Assembly: GCA_030746435.1 (NCBI GenBank)
Contig: JASLMV010000015.1
Coordinates: forward strand, 124 to 64,123
Length of the DNA: 64,000 nt
DNA from: Gammaproteobacteria bacterium
Lineage (GTDB): Bacteria > Pseudomonadota > Gammaproteobacteria > Steroidobacterales > GCA-2729495
Direction of reading: 5' to 3'
Below the pieces are notes generated by a model. It was not told the DNA's origin and did not search any database. It saw nothing but the letters and a program-made list of their open reading frames with translations. Every line of letters begins with the position of its first letter. Position 1 is the first letter of the stretch. Positions 24,541-34,965 of this stretch are shown one piece after another. The translations under genes and the position numbers were made by a program.

Positions 24541-26745
24541 ATGGCTGAAAAGACCCCACCAGCGCCCCGGCGCCGCTTTACACGGCGTCGCTTTCTCCTC
24601 GGTACCGTAGTCGTAGCGGGGGGCGGTTTTGCACTGAGTTGGGCAACCCGTGAAAAAGACTCGCTTGCCATTAGTGACGATGTTCTCGAGCCCAACGCAT
24701 TCCTGCAGATTACCCCGGAAGGGCGGGTTGTGTTCCAGCTCGATAAAGTCGAAATGGGGCAGGGGACGATGACCGGCCTTACGACGCTCATTGCCGAAGA
24801 ACTGGATATAGATCCGGCGCGGCTGGATGTGCGCCGTGCGCCGGTCATGGGTACTTTCAGACGACCGCAACAAACGACCGGGGGCAGTGACAGTATCGCG
24901 AGCAGCTGGGACATTTTGCGGGAAACAGGCGCGACTGCGCGGGCCATGCTGGTGCAGGCGGCCGCAGATCAATGGGGCACTTCGGCCGATACTCTTTTGA
25001 CTGATAACGGTACCGTGGTTAATCCGGCGACCGATGAATCCTTGTCCTACGGTGCGCTCGCCGAAGCCGCATCCCGGGTGAGCCCGCCCTGGAACGTGCA
25101 GCTGAAAGACCCGTCTGAGTTCCGGTGGATCGGTCGTGACCAGCCGCGCTTCGATGCGTTGCCCAAGGTTACCGGCAGTGCGGATTACGGCATAGATGTG
25201 CAGCTCGACGGCATGCTGACAGCTGTCGTTGCCCGAATTCCTGAAATGCGGGCGAAGCTGCGCGAATTTGATGCGAACAAAGCAAGCACGATGCCGGGCG
25301 TGCGCGGCATCGTGCCTCTGGTTGATGGCGTTGCGGTTGTCGCCGAAGATTTCTGGAGCGCCAGCCAGGCCGCCAGGCAGGTTGAGTTGAGATGGGATCC
25401 CGGGCCTTTAGCCCAACTGAGTGATGAGCTGGTGCTGGATCAGCAGCGCGAGGTACTGGACGAAATGGCGGCAACTGTGGCCGCTGACGATGACACCGTA
25501 AAGCTTGCTGCAAACGATATGGTCGCAGAGGGTGAGTACACAACTCCGTATCTTGCTCATGCACCTATGGAGCCACTAAATGCCACGGTTCATGTTCGCG
25601 ACAATAGTTGCGAGATCTGGGCGCCAACCCAGTCGCCGGACGGCGCGCAGGAAGTTGCATGCCTTGTTACCGGGCTGACGCGCGACCGGGTCAAGGTGCA
25701 TACCACCTTCCTCGGGGGCGGATTCGGACGACGCTTTATTAATGACTACGTAAAGGAAGCGGTACACATTGCGATTGAGTTTGATGTACCGGTCAAGCTC
25801 GTCTGGCCTCGTGAGCACGATATACAGCGCGGCTATTTCCGTCAGCAAACCGCACATCGCATGAGCGGATCTGTTGATGGTGAAGGCCGGATCAGGGCTT
25901 GGCGGCATCACGAAGTTGCGGCATCTGCAGCACAGGCAATGTCTCAGGAAATGATGGCCAGTTTCCTGCCGGAAATTGCCTCTGCACAGAAACGTGCCGA
26001 CTTTGGCGCCTGGATGGGCGACTTTATGTCGAATACCGCTGGCGCATTTCAGGCGATGGACGGTACCAAGACCTCGCTTTACGAAGTCGACACACTTGAT
26101 TTTGCGCTCGAAACGCATAACACACCTGTCGTAATAGGGATCTGGCGATCAGTGGGGGCGTCATACACAGCCTTTGCCATCGAAGGTTTCATGGATGAAC
26201 TCGCACATGCAGCCGGTATCGATCCCATGCAGTTCCGGATCGATAATGCGCCGCAGCCCTCGCGACAACGGACGGTGCTTGAGCGGCTGAGGCAGGAAGC
26301 CAGCTGGGGCAATGTGCAGGCTGGCCGACACCAGGGCGCCGCAATATTTAAGGCTTTTGATACCTATGTCGGACAAGTTGCAGAAGTTTCGGTCGAGGGA
26401 AACCGTATTCGGGTTCATAAAGTGACATGCGTCGTCGATTGCGGACAGGTTGTTAATCCCGATATCGTGCGCGCACAGATGCAAAGTGGCGTGATCTTTG
26501 GCCTGACCGCGGCACTGCATGGCGAAATTAATTTTGACCGCGGCCAGGTAAGGCAAAGCAATTTTCACGACTACCGGATGTTACGGCTGGCCGAATCACC
26601 CGAAGTTGAGGTACACATTGTTGACAGTAGCGAACGCCCAACCGGCGTCGGCGAACCCGGCACTCCGCCTATTGCTCCTGCCGTTGCGAATGCAGTATTT
26701 GCCGCTACTGGTAAACGGCTGCGCTCCTTGCCCCTGAAGCTTTAG
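24541..26745 (+). CDS. Molybdopterin-binding oxidoreductase, IorB / membrane-bound aldehyde dehydrogenase large-subunit family
   Basis: Tat motif [13 protein letters not shown]. Blocks [28 protein letters not shown] and [17 protein letters not shown] are typical of xanthine-dehydrogenase-family Mo subunits. Confidence 0.85.
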   Translation: MAEKTPPAPRRRFTRRRFLLGTVVVAGGGFALSWATREKDSLAISDDVLEPNAFLQITPEGRVVFQLDKVEMGQGTMTGLTTLIAEELDIDPARLDVRRAPVMGTFRRPQQTTGGSDSIASSWDILRETGATARAMLVQAAADQWGTSADTLLTDNGTVVNPATDESLSYGALAEAASRVSPPWNVQLKDPSEFRWIGRDQPRFDALPKVTGSADYGIDVQLDGMLTAVVARIPEMRAKLREFDANKASTMPGVRGIVPLVDGVAVVAEDFWSASQAARQVELRWDPGPLAQLSDELVLDQQREVLDEMAATVAADDDTVKLAANDMVAEGEYTTPYLAHAPMEPLNATVHVRDNSCEIWAPTQSPDGAQEVACLVTGLTRDRVKVHTTFLGGGFGRRFINDYVKEAVHIAIEFDVPVKLVWPREHDIQRGYFRQQTAHRMSGSVDGEGRIRAWRHHEVAASAAQAMSQEMMASFLPEIASAQKRADFGAWMGDFMSNTAGAFQAMDGTKTSLYEVDTLDFALETHNTPVVIGIWRSVGASYTAFAIEGFMDELAHAAGIDPMQFRIDNAPQPSRQRTVLERLRQEASWGNVQAGRHQGAAIFKAFDTYVGQVAEVSVEGNRIRVHKVTCVVDCGQVVNPDIVRAQMQSGVIFGLTAALHGEINFDRGQVRQSNFHDYRMLRLAESPEVEVHIVDSSERPTGVGEPGTPPIAPAVANAVFAATGKRLRSLPLKL

Positions 26746-28814
26746 GCCTCACTGAGTTCTGCCGCCAGTTCCGAAAGTGTACTGATTGGCGTGCTGCAAC
26801 GCGTGCCGCGACACACGTAGGCAACTGTTTGTTCGCCGGGTTCCCTGAGTTCGAGTGCACCGGGCAGGTCTTCGGCATCTGACGGTATTCCAAATACCAA
26901 TCTGCGCGGCGCATAAACTGCACTGATACTTTGCGCCCAGGCTTCTGCTTCTTCGGTGCTGCCGCGTATAACTACTATTTCAGGTGGGTCGAGATATTCA
27001 TCGAGCGCCATAATCAGCGCTGCGTGTCCGTGCGGAAAATCGAGCATGGCGGCGAAGCTTGCCTGCAAAGTTTTCTCCGCAGCCTGCAGGTAACGTGCTT
27101 CACTGAGAAGGTGGCCAAGGCGGCCCAGCGCCAGCGCCGCTATCCCGTTACCTGAGGGCAGCGAATCGTCACTGAAGGTGCGCGTGCGGTGCGCAAGCTG
27201 TTCATGCTCGTGGGATGTGAAATAGAAACCGCCGCCGCTTTGATCCTCGAAACCGCTCAACAGGCGATCCGCGATCTCCGTGGCAAACTCGAGGTGTGTA
27301 CTGTTCCAGCGTGCCTGCAGGAGCTCGAGTATTGCGTCCAGCAAAAAGGTGTGGTCGTCCAGGTAGGCATCAATACGCGCTCTGCCATCCTTGTAGGTGG
27401 CAAGCAGCCGGTCGTTATCGACGAGCTTGTTCCGGACAAACTCCAATGCGTGTACAGCGGCATCGACCAGATCTTCGCGGTCCAGGGCTCGCCCCGCCAT
27501 TGCAAGGCCGCGAATCATCAGCGCATTCCAGGCGGTGAGAATTTTTTCGTCACGCGCGGGCCAGGTGCGTTGGTTACGCACTTCCAGCAACCGGTTACGC
27601 GCATCATCCAGCAGTGCGACAACCGATGATGCGGTTTCACCCGCGGTTTCGGCAGCACTCTCCAGTGTATCGCGCACCAGCAGGTGCCAGCGGTCACCGA
27701 AGTTGGCCGCCTTGTCGAGGCCGAAGCGACGGGCAAACGCGGGGGCTGCAGGTCCCGTCAGAATCTCACCTGCTTCCCGCGGGTCCCAGGTATAAAACCT
27801 GCCTTCTTCACCTTCGGAATCGGCGTCGAGCGTCGACCAGAAGCCACCTTCGGGGGCCTGCATGTCACGGATAACCCAGTCGGCGGTCTCAGTGGCCGCT
27901 TTGCGGTAAGCATCGTCACCACTAGCGCGCCAGAGCTGCGCCAGCAGTGCAAGCAAGGGGCCGTTGTCGTAAAGCATTTTTTCGAAGTGTGGGATGGACC
28001 ATTCACGATCGACGGTATAACGGAAGAAACCGCCACCGAGCTGGTCGTAAATGCCTCCGTCCAGCATCCGCATTAATGTGAGCGCACACATTAAAAGTGC
28101 ATCGACATCGGGTTCTTCACTGTGCGCAGTGCTGCGCCAGTGCCGTAACAGGAATTCAAGGCTGGTGGGGTGCGGGAACTTGGGCGCTTCTCCAAAGCCA
28201 CCCCAGTCCTTGTCGAAGTTACTGTCCAGCTGACTTCGCAGGCCATCCAGTGGGCGCCGGTCAAGCGGGGTACCGGGCTCGGCCGTCCCCGGTTCGAGGC
28301 TGGCGAGCGCTTTGATAACAGCAGTGCCCTGATCGTCGAGTTCTTTCCCGTTTGCCTCGTAATGTTGGGCAACGCGCATCAGCAGGTCGGCAAATGCGGG
28401 CATCCCGTGGCGTTCTTCGTTCGGGAAATATGTACCGGCGAAAAATGGCAACTGTTTTTCCGGGGTAAGGAACACTGTCAATGGCCAGCCGCCTGCCCGG
28501 TGCGTAATAAGTTGATGGGCCGTCTGGTAAATCTTGTCGATGTCGGGGCGTTCTTCACGGTCAACCTTAATGTTCACGAACAGCCGGTTCATAATCTCCG
28601 CGGTTGATGCGTCTTCGAAAGATTCATGGGCCATGACGTGACACCAGTGGCAGGCCGAGTACCCGACCGAAAGGAGTATGGGCTTGTTCTCGGCGCGGGC
28701 CCTGTCCAGTGCCTCCTGTGACCAGGGGTACCAGTCCACGGGGTTGTCCGCATGTTGCAGCAGGTAGGGGCTGGTTTCGTCGGTGAGTCGGTTCATGCTT
28801 ACAGGTGTCTCCAA
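26742..28814 (-). CDS. yyaL: Thioredoxin-domain (DUF255) / glycoside-hydrolase-like protein YyaL family
   Basis: [17 protein letters not shown]...[17 protein letters not shown]-terminal block, followed by a long alpha/alpha-toroid-like region. Confidence 0.85.
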   Translation of the reverse strand: METPVSMNRLTDETSPYLLQHADNPVDWYPWSQEALDRARAENKPILLSVGYSACHWCHVMAHESFEDASTAEIMNRLFVNIKVDREERPDIDKIYQTAHQLITHRAGGWPLTVFLTPEKQLPFFAGTYFPNEERHGMPAFADLLMRVAQHYEANGKELDDQGTAVIKALASLEPGTAEPGTPLDRRPLDGLRSQLDSNFDKDWGGFGEAPKFPHPTSLEFLLRHWRSTAHSEEPDVDALLMCALTLMRMLDGGIYDQLGGGFFRYTVDREWSIPHFEKMLYDNGPLLALLAQLWRASGDDAYRKAATETADWVIRDMQAPEGGFWSTLDADSEGEEGRFYTWDPREAGEILTGPAAPAFARRFGLDKAANFGDRWHLLVRDTLESAAETAGETASSVVALLDDARNRLLEVRNQRTWPARDEKILTAWNALMIRGLAMAGRALDREDLVDAAVHALEFVRNKLVDNDRLLATYKDGRARIDAYLDDHTFLLDAILELLQARWNSTHLEFATEIADRLLSGFEDQSGGGFYFTSHEHEQLAHRTRTFSDDSLPSGNGIAALALGRLGHLLSEARYLQAAEKTLQASFAAMLDFPHGHAALIMALDEYLDPPEIVVIRGSTEEAEAWAQSISAVYAPRRLVFGIPSDAEDLPGALELREPGEQTVAYVCRGTRCSTPISTLSELAAELSEA

Positions 28815-28900
28815 AGGACTGCCGACTATAACCGAAGGGCTTTTGGGTGTTCATGTCTGTATGCCCTTACGCCGCGTCCCGGCGGTGGTAGACTGCTACT

Positions 28901-29692
28901 GTGTTCACCTATACCGATATAGACCCGGTCGCGCTGCAGCTGGGGCCTTTGGCTGTGCGCTGGTACGGGCTGATGTACGTCATTGGCATACTGGGCGGCT
29001 GGTGGCTCGGCCGTGTACAGTCGCGCCGGCCGTGGTCGCCGCTGACCGGGCAACAGGTCGACGACATGGTTACCTGTGTTGCACTGGGTGTAATTCTCGG
29101 CGGTCGCGTCGGCTCGGTATTGTTTTACCACTTCAGCGATTTCCTGCGCGATCCCCTGATGCTGATAAGAATCTGGGAAGGCGGGATGTCTTTCCACGGC
29201 GGTTTTCTCGGCGTCCTCGTTGCGATGCTCTGGTACGGGCGGCGTATCGGCAGCGGTTTCTGGACGCTCACCGATTTTATTGCGCCGTTAGTGACCGTCG
29301 GACTCGGTGCCGGCAGAGTCGGCAATTTCATCAACGGCGAGCTTTGGGGCAAGGTCACGGACGTGCCCTGGGCATTCATCGTGAACGGCACTCCCCGGCA
29401 CGCCTCGCAGCTTTACGAAGCGCTGCTGGAAGGCCTTGTGCTGTTTATTATCCTGTGGACCTTCGGCCTGAAGCAGCGCCCGAGGATGGCAATGTCCGGG
29501 CTGTTCCTGCTGTGCTATGGCGTGTTCCGGTTCGGGGTCGAGTTCGTGCGCGTGCCGGATCAGCATATCGGCTACATGGCATGGGGCTGGTTGACACGTG
29601 GGCAGCTACTGACATTCCCGATGATCGTGTTCGGGGTTATTATTCTGGTCATGGCTACAAAGCAGGCTCCCAGTGAGCCGGCCAAAGTTTAA
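28901..29692 (+). CDS. lgt: Phosphatidylglycerol-prolipoprotein diacylglyceryl transferase
   Basis: GTG start. ...GPLAVRWYGLMYVIG..., WGKVTDVPWA, HASQLYEA blocks. Upstream of thyA as in E. coli. Confidence 0.9.
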   Translation: MFTYTDIDPVALQLGPLAVRWYGLMYVIGILGGWWLGRVQSRRPWSPLTGQQVDDMVTCVALGVILGGRVGSVLFYHFSDFLRDPLMLIRIWEGGMSFHGGFLGVLVAMLWYGRRIGSGFWTLTDFIAPLVTVGLGAGRVGNFINGELWGKVTDVPWAFIVNGTPRHASQLYEALLEGLVLFIILWTFGLKQRPRMAMSGLFLLCYGVFRFGVEFVRVPDQHIGYMAWGWLTRGQLLTFPMIVFGVIILVMATKQAPSEPAKV

Positions 29693-29716
29693 GTTACGAG
29701 CCAACAGAACGGGGCT

Positions 29717-30511
29717 ATGCAGCAGTATCTTGATTTAATGCGACACGTGCGCGACAAAGGCGCCCGTAAAGATGACCGGACCGGTACGGGAACACTCAGC
29801 GTATTTGGTTACCAGATGCGTTTTGACCTGTCGCATGGCTTCCCGATGGTGACAACCAAGAAATTACACACGCGGTCGATTATTCACGAGTTATTGTGGT
29901 TCCTGAGCGGCGACACGAACATCGCCTACCTGAACGAAAACAAGGTCAGTATCTGGGATGAGTGGGCGGACGAGAATGGTGACCTTGGCCCTGTTTACGG
30001 TGCCCAGTGGCGTTCATGGCCGACACCGAACGGCGGCAACATCGATCAGCTGCAGAAGACGCTCGAGCTCCTGCATACCAACCCGGATTCCCGCCGCATC
30101 ATTATTTCTGCATGGAATGTAGGTGAACTGGACAAGATGGCGCTGATGCCGTGCCATGCACTGTTCCAGTTTTATGTGGCGGACGGCAGGCTTTCCTGCC
30201 AGCTTTATCAGCGTAGTGCGGATATTTTCCTGGGCGTGCCGTTCAATATCGCATCCTATGCATTATTGACGCATATGGTTGCCCAGCAGTGCGACCTGAA
30301 GGTAGGAGAATTCATCTGGACAGGTGGGGACAGTCACCTTTATTTGAACCATCTCGAACAGGTCGAGGAACAACTTGCACGCAAGCCGCTGCCTTTGCCG
30401 CGTTTATCGATACAGCGCCGGCCGGATTCGATAACCGGGTACCGGTTCGAAGATTTCGAGATCCTCGGCTACGAATACCATCCGCATATCGCCGCACCGG
30501 TAGCTGTTTAG
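29717..30511 (+). CDS. thyA: Thymidylate synthase
   Basis: [11 protein letters not shown]..., [12 protein letters not shown]-equivalent [11 protein letters not shown], full length 264 aa. Confidence 0.97.
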   Translation: MQQYLDLMRHVRDKGARKDDRTGTGTLSVFGYQMRFDLSHGFPMVTTKKLHTRSIIHELLWFLSGDTNIAYLNENKVSIWDEWADENGDLGPVYGAQWRSWPTPNGGNIDQLQKTLELLHTNPDSRRIIISAWNVGELDKMALMPCHALFQFYVADGRLSCQLYQRSADIFLGVPFNIASYALLTHMVAQQCDLKVGEFIWTGGDSHLYLNHLEQVEEQLARKPLPLPRLSIQRRPDSITGYRFEDFEILGYEYHPHIAAPVAV

Positions 30512-31341
30512 TCTTCGAAGACTCGTGGTTGCCGGCTCCGGACCTGTACCGGCTTTGCTTCGCCATCCAGCCTGACCGCAGTCAGTGCGCCGCCCCAGGT
30601 GCATCCCGTATCCAGCGCGAGAAGAGACTCAGACTGCATCAGACTCAGCGTAGACCAGTGGCCGAAAACGATACGCGTGTCGGTGGTCGCACGGTCCGGC
30701 ATTTCGAACCAGGGTTGCAACTCCGCGGGTTGGGTTCCTGGTGCCAGTTTGTGGTCAAAATCGAGACGGCCGTTAGCCGCACAGTAGCGGATTCGCGTCA
30801 GGCAGTTGGTGATAAACCGCAATCTGTCCATGCCATCCAGATCGTCCGACCATGTGTCCGGTTGCCGGCCGTACATGGCGCACAAAAATTCGTGCGCACT
30901 TTCACCCGCCAGCGTATCCGCTACCTCGCCCGCACGTTCCAGCGTATCGGCTACCGACCAGGTGTTTATGACACCCGCATGCACCATCAGCGTATTTAGT
31001 CCGGCATCGAAATGGGCAAGCGGCCGACGTCTCAGCCAGTCTATAAGCTCGCCCGAGTCTTCGGCCTGCAATACAGCGGACAGGTTACCCGCTGCGACAG
31101 GAACATCATCGGCCAGGGCCAGCGCCAGCAGGTGCAGGTCATGATTGCCGAGTATACAAACCACGGCATCGCCAAGTTCCTGCACAAGCCTGAGCGTTTC
31201 CAAAGATTTGGGGCCACGGTTTACCAGGTCGCCCACCAGCCAGAGGCGGTCATGGCCGGGGTCGAATGTGATTGCGTCCAGCAGTGTTGCGAACTCGTCG
31301 TAACAGCCCTGGATATCACCAACGGCATAAACTGCCATCAA
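30508..31341 (-). CDS. apaH: Bis(5'-nucleosyl)-tetraphosphatase, symmetrical
   Basis: Metallophosphatase blocks [18 protein letters not shown]. Position downstream of apaG. Confidence 0.9.
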   Translation of the reverse strand: MMAVYAVGDIQGCYDEFATLLDAITFDPGHDRLWLVGDLVNRGPKSLETLRLVQELGDAVVCILGNHDLHLLALALADDVPVAAGNLSAVLQAEDSGELIDWLRRRPLAHFDAGLNTLMVHAGVINTWSVADTLERAGEVADTLAGESAHEFLCAMYGRQPDTWSDDLDGMDRLRFITNCLTRIRYCAANGRLDFDHKLAPGTQPAELQPWFEMPDRATTDTRIVFGHWSTLSLMQSESLLALDTGCTWGGALTAVRLDGEAKPVQVRSRQPRVFED

Positions 31342-31356
31342 GCAAGTCCTGATAAA

Positions 31357-31749
31357 TCAATTCAATACGCCGGGTACCGCGAGCCGGAAGACGGGTATGG
31401 GCGTGTCGAAGTGACCGCCCGATTCGCTGATCATCCCGTAGCGGCCTTCCATAGTGCCCACGGGGGTTTCGATAACCGCCCCGCTGGAATAGGAATGCGT
31501 GGTGCCGGGAGCGATTTTCGGTTGCTTGCCGATTACACCATCGCCGTGTACTTCCTGGATACGGCCATCCGCATCGGTAATAAGCCAGTGGCGCGTGAGT
31601 AACTGCGCCGGAGCAGAACCGGCATTATGGATATTGATGGTGTAGGCGAATACGAATCTGCCTTCGCCCGGATCGGACTGTTCAGCGAGATAGACTGCTT
31701 CTGCATCTACCTGGATATCCGTATCGATATTGGCAGCATCCGTTGTCAT
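31357..31749 (-). CDS. apaG: ApaG (DUF525) protein
   Basis: About 130 aa, with blocks ...FAYTINIHN...[22 protein letters not shown]. Confidence 0.9.
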   Translation of the reverse strand: MTTDAANIDTDIQVDAEAVYLAEQSDPGEGRFVFAYTINIHNAGSAPAQLLTRHWLITDADGRIQEVHGDGVIGKQPKIAPGTTHSYSSGAVIETPVGTMEGRYGMISESGGHFDTPIPVFRLAVPGVLN

Positions 31750-31755
31750 TGGTAT

Positions 31756-32577
31756 TCATTCTAGCGCATATCCCCGCATCTGATCCGGGGACTGTTTTTG
31801 CAGTTGTCGCCCCAGGGCTGCAAAGTCTTCCACCGGAAGAGTTTCGGCGCGTGCCATCGGATCAATTCCCGCTGCTTCAATGGCATCGGCGCTTAGCAAG
31901 GTTTGTAATGCGTTGGCCAGTTGCTTCCGCCGTTTGCCGAATGCTTCACGAAGTACCGCATCGAAAGCCGGTAATTCATTTTCTGAAACCAGGGGGCTGG
32001 CCAGCGGAATCAGCCGCACAAAGGCAGACCCGACCTTTGGCGCCGGTGAAAAAGCGCCCGAGCCTATATTGAATAGCGATTCCACCCGGCATCGTGCCGC
32101 AAGCGCAACGGTAAGCCTGCCATAATTTTTGCTCCCGGGGTCTGCGGTCATTCTCTGTACAACTTCCTTCTGCAGCATTACGTGTATATCGCTGAAAAGT
32201 TTCTGTGCTTCCAGGAAGTGGAACAGCAACGGTGTGGAGATGTTGTAAGGCAGGTTCCCGGCGAGACGCAGCGATGACTCAGTGTCGGACAATGAAGCAA
32301 AATCAAATTCCAGTGCATCTGCCGTATGGATAGTCACTCCGGCCTCAACTGCCCACTCCGCGTTGTGCAGTTCTGCAGCAAGGTCGCGGTCTATTTCGAC
32401 AACATCGAGCTTTCGTGCACGTGCTGCCAGCTCTCTTGTAATGGCGCCGCGGCCGGGGCCTATTTCGACGAAATGGTCTTCGGGCCCAGGCCCGATACTG
32501 TCGATGATGTGCCGGATAACACCTTTCTCATGCAGGAAGTTCTGCCCGAAGCGTTTGCGTGCCTGTTGCCTTGCCAT
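31756..32577 (-). CDS. rsmA: 16S rRNA (adenine1518-N6/adenine1519-N6)-dimethyltransferase
   Basis: KRFGQNFL, EIGPGRGA(I)T, NLPYNISTP blocks. Confidence 0.95.
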   Translation of the reverse strand: MARQQARKRFGQNFLHEKGVIRHIIDSIGPGPEDHFVEIGPGRGAITRELAARARKLDVVEIDRDLAAELHNAEWAVEAGVTIHTADALEFDFASLSDTESSLRLAGNLPYNISTPLLFHFLEAQKLFSDIHVMLQKEVVQRMTADPGSKNYGRLTVALAARCRVESLFNIGSGAFSPAPKVGSAFVRLIPLASPLVSENELPAFDAVLREAFGKRRKQLANALQTLLSADAIEAAGIDPMARAETLPVEDFAALGRQLQKQSPDQMRGYALE

Positions 32578-32583
32578 GGGGCG

Positions 32584-33579
32584 CTAATTCCTGGTGCGGC
32601 AGACCAGTTCTTCGGCCAGTTGCAGCGCTGCATAGAGACTGCCCGGGTCCGCTTTGCCGGTGCCGGCAAGGTCGAGAGCGGTGCCGTGGTCAACTGATGT
32701 TCGAATAATGGGCAAACCGAGGGTCAGGTTTACGGCGCCTCCGAATCCGGCATGTTTCAGCACGGGCAGGCCCTGGTCGTGGTACATCGCGAGCACCACA
32801 TCGAAGTTTTCAAGCGAGTCGTTCGTGAATGCGCTATCCGCCGGCAGCGGGCCGATGACGTCGATCCCTTCCTGCCGGAGTTCCTGCAGGGCGGGCCTCA
32901 TAATTTCCTGCTCTTCGGTACCCACTTGTCCTGCTTCTCCGGCGTGGGGGTTCAGTCCCAGGACCGCGATGCGCGGCACCTCAATGCCGAACAGTCTCTG
33001 CAGGTCTCTCGCCAGCACGTGGCATACGGAGTCGATACGCCGCCCGCTTATATGGGCCGGAACCTCGGCAAGGGCAACGTGAGTAGTCAGCAAAGCGACG
33101 CGCAAGTCTCCCGCGCACAATAGCATCACCGGCGTATCTGCACCGCAAAGCCTGGCCAGGTACTCGGTGTGTCCCGAAAAAGGAGTGCCTGACTCCGAAA
33201 TTACGCTTTTCTGTACCGGCGCGGTCAGCAGTGCGTCGAATTCGCCGCCCTGGCAGCCCTGTACCGCCCGGTCCAGTGTTTCAAGAACATAAGGACCGTT
33301 CGCGGGGTCCGGGGACCCCGGCATTACCGGTGCACCCATCGTAACCGGGGCAATTAAAAGTTCACCCGGTTTACCCGTTTCCGCGCGGACTTCCGGATCG
33401 TAGTCTGTAAGCATGAGCGAAACATTCAGCAACTCCGCTCGTGAGTGCAGCAGGTCCGGATCAGCAATCACGACCAGTTCCGCATTGCGCGGCCGGGTGG
33501 CAAGTTGAAGGATGAGGTCAGGCCCTATCCCGGCGGGTTCGCCAGGTGTTACTGCGATTCGGGAGATGGGCGAGTTCAC
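32584..33579 (-). CDS. pdxA: 4-hydroxythreonine-4-phosphate dehydrogenase
   Basis: GEPAGIGPD, GHTE(Y)L, LNPHAGE, YHDQGL, RTSVDHGTA blocks. Confidence 0.95.
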   Translation of the reverse strand: MNSPISRIAVTPGEPAGIGPDLILQLATRPRNAELVVIADPDLLHSRAELLNVSLMLTDYDPEVRAETGKPGELLIAPVTMGAPVMPGSPDPANGPYVLETLDRAVQGCQGGEFDALLTAPVQKSVISESGTPFSGHTEYLARLCGADTPVMLLCAGDLRVALLTTHVALAEVPAHISGRRIDSVCHVLARDLQRLFGIEVPRIAVLGLNPHAGEAGQVGTEEQEIMRPALQELRQEGIDVIGPLPADSAFTNDSLENFDVVLAMYHDQGLPVLKHAGFGGAVNLTLGLPIIRTSVDHGTALDLAGTGKADPGSLYAALQLAEELVCRTRN

Positions 33580-33612
33580 TGCATATTGCGACGCTTGTGT
33601 CGCAGCCTGCTT

Positions 33613-34926
33613 CTATAGCCGGTATTCGACGAAAGATTCGTCCCGCATCTGCCGCAGCCATAATTCGGTTTCTTCGGCGACCTTGCTGTCGCGTATCGCG
33701 ATCATCGCGCGGTTCCTGGCGACATCGTCGGTCGTGTCATGAACGCGGCGTTCCAGCACCTGGAGAATGTGCCAGCCGAACTGGGTCTTAAACGGTTCGC
33801 TGATTTCATTAAGTTCGAGTTTGTTCATAGTTTCCTCGAATACATCGACGAACACGCCGGAACCATTCCAGCCCAGATCGCCGCCCTCGATAGCGGATGA
33901 AGGATCATCGGAGACGGCTTTGGCAATCGTTGCGAAATCGTCGCCATCAAGAATACTCTGGCGTATCTCAGTGAGCTTCTGCCAGACTACATCGTCATCC
34001 ATGATCTGGTCGGTTTCCATCAATATATGCCGGGCACGGGCCTGGTTTTCCATGATGGGTTCACCGCCCTGGACCTCGTCCAGTTTCACGATATGGAAAC
34101 CGCTCGACGTACGTACCGGTTCTGAAATCTGACCCGCTTCCATATTGGGTACCACTTCGGCAAACAGCGTGGGGAGCGCATCCCCGTTGCGCCAGCCCAT
34201 CGAGCCACCTTCCAGCGCAGTCTGGGCATCCGAGTAAGCCACCGCCGCCTGGGCGAAGTCGGCGCCTTCTATTAACTGGTCATACAGGTCCCAGGCCTTT
34301 TGGCTGGCCGCTTCCAATTCTTCCGGCGTAGTTGTCGTCGACAGGGAAATGAGTATGTGTGACACGCGGTAGCGCATATTGCGGTAGGCTGAATTGCGTT
34401 CCCGTTCGAGGTGGTCCCCCAGTTCACGCGGTGTGACGCCTATGCGCGAGACCACATCGCGCTGGCGCAGCCGTTCGACAATTAACTGCTCGCGCATTTC
34501 CTTGCGGTAGGAGGTGTAGTCCACACCGTCTCTCGCCAGCAGGGAGGGTAATTCAGCCAGCGTGGTGCTATTTCGCCTGGCTACGTCGGCCAGCGCCCTG
34601 TTAAGGACCTCGTCCGGCATAGTTATGCCGTCGCGCCTGGCCCGTTGCAACTGAATCTCCATGATAATCAGCCGTTCAAGCACCTGCCCGACCAGGATTT
34701 CCTGCGGCGGCAACTGCGTGTTTTCCGCCCGCAAGCGCCGCACGATCAGCATCGTTTGTTCGTCGAGTTCGCTCAGCAACACGGCACCGTCATTTACCAC
34801 CGCTGCAATGCCGTCGATCAGCACCCCTGTATCGCTGAGTTCCCTGGTTTGCGCGCGGGCAGTACCCGGCTGCAAGGTCATCACGACGACAAACAACGCT
34901 AAAGCAATGTGTGTGCGTTTGTGCAT
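33613..34926 (-). CDS. surA: Periplasmic chaperone / PPIase SurA
   Basis: Signal peptide and two parvulin domains (...GW....LP..F, GFHI(V/L)K). Located between lptD and pdxA. ATG at 34926 preferred over TTG at 34947. Confidence 0.9.
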   Translation of the reverse strand: MHKRTHIALALFVVVMTLQPGTARAQTRELSDTGVLIDGIAAVVNDGAVLLSELDEQTMLIVRRLRAENTQLPPQEILVGQVLERLIIMEIQLQRARRDGITMPDEVLNRALADVARRNSTTLAELPSLLARDGVDYTSYRKEMREQLIVERLRQRDVVSRIGVTPRELGDHLERERNSAYRNMRYRVSHILISLSTTTTPEELEAASQKAWDLYDQLIEGADFAQAAVAYSDAQTALEGGSMGWRNGDALPTLFAEVVPNMEAGQISEPVRTSSGFHIVKLDEVQGGEPIMENQARARHILMETDQIMDDDVVWQKLTEIRQSILDGDDFATIAKAVSDDPSSAIEGGDLGWNGSGVFVDVFEETMNKLELNEISEPFKTQFGWHILQVLERRVHDTTDDVARNRAMIAIRDSKVAEETELWLRQMRDESFVEYRL

Positions 34927-34965
34927 GTATTCACCACCAACGGTCAACCTGCTGTCTGACCTGAA

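Noticed and set aside
5751-26745. Genomic island or mobile element interpretation of the accessory block.
   Set aside because: No integrase, transposase, tRNA target, phage or conjugation gene, or flanking direct repeats were visible. The paralogs are diverged rather than recent copies. Compositional analysis was not possible here.
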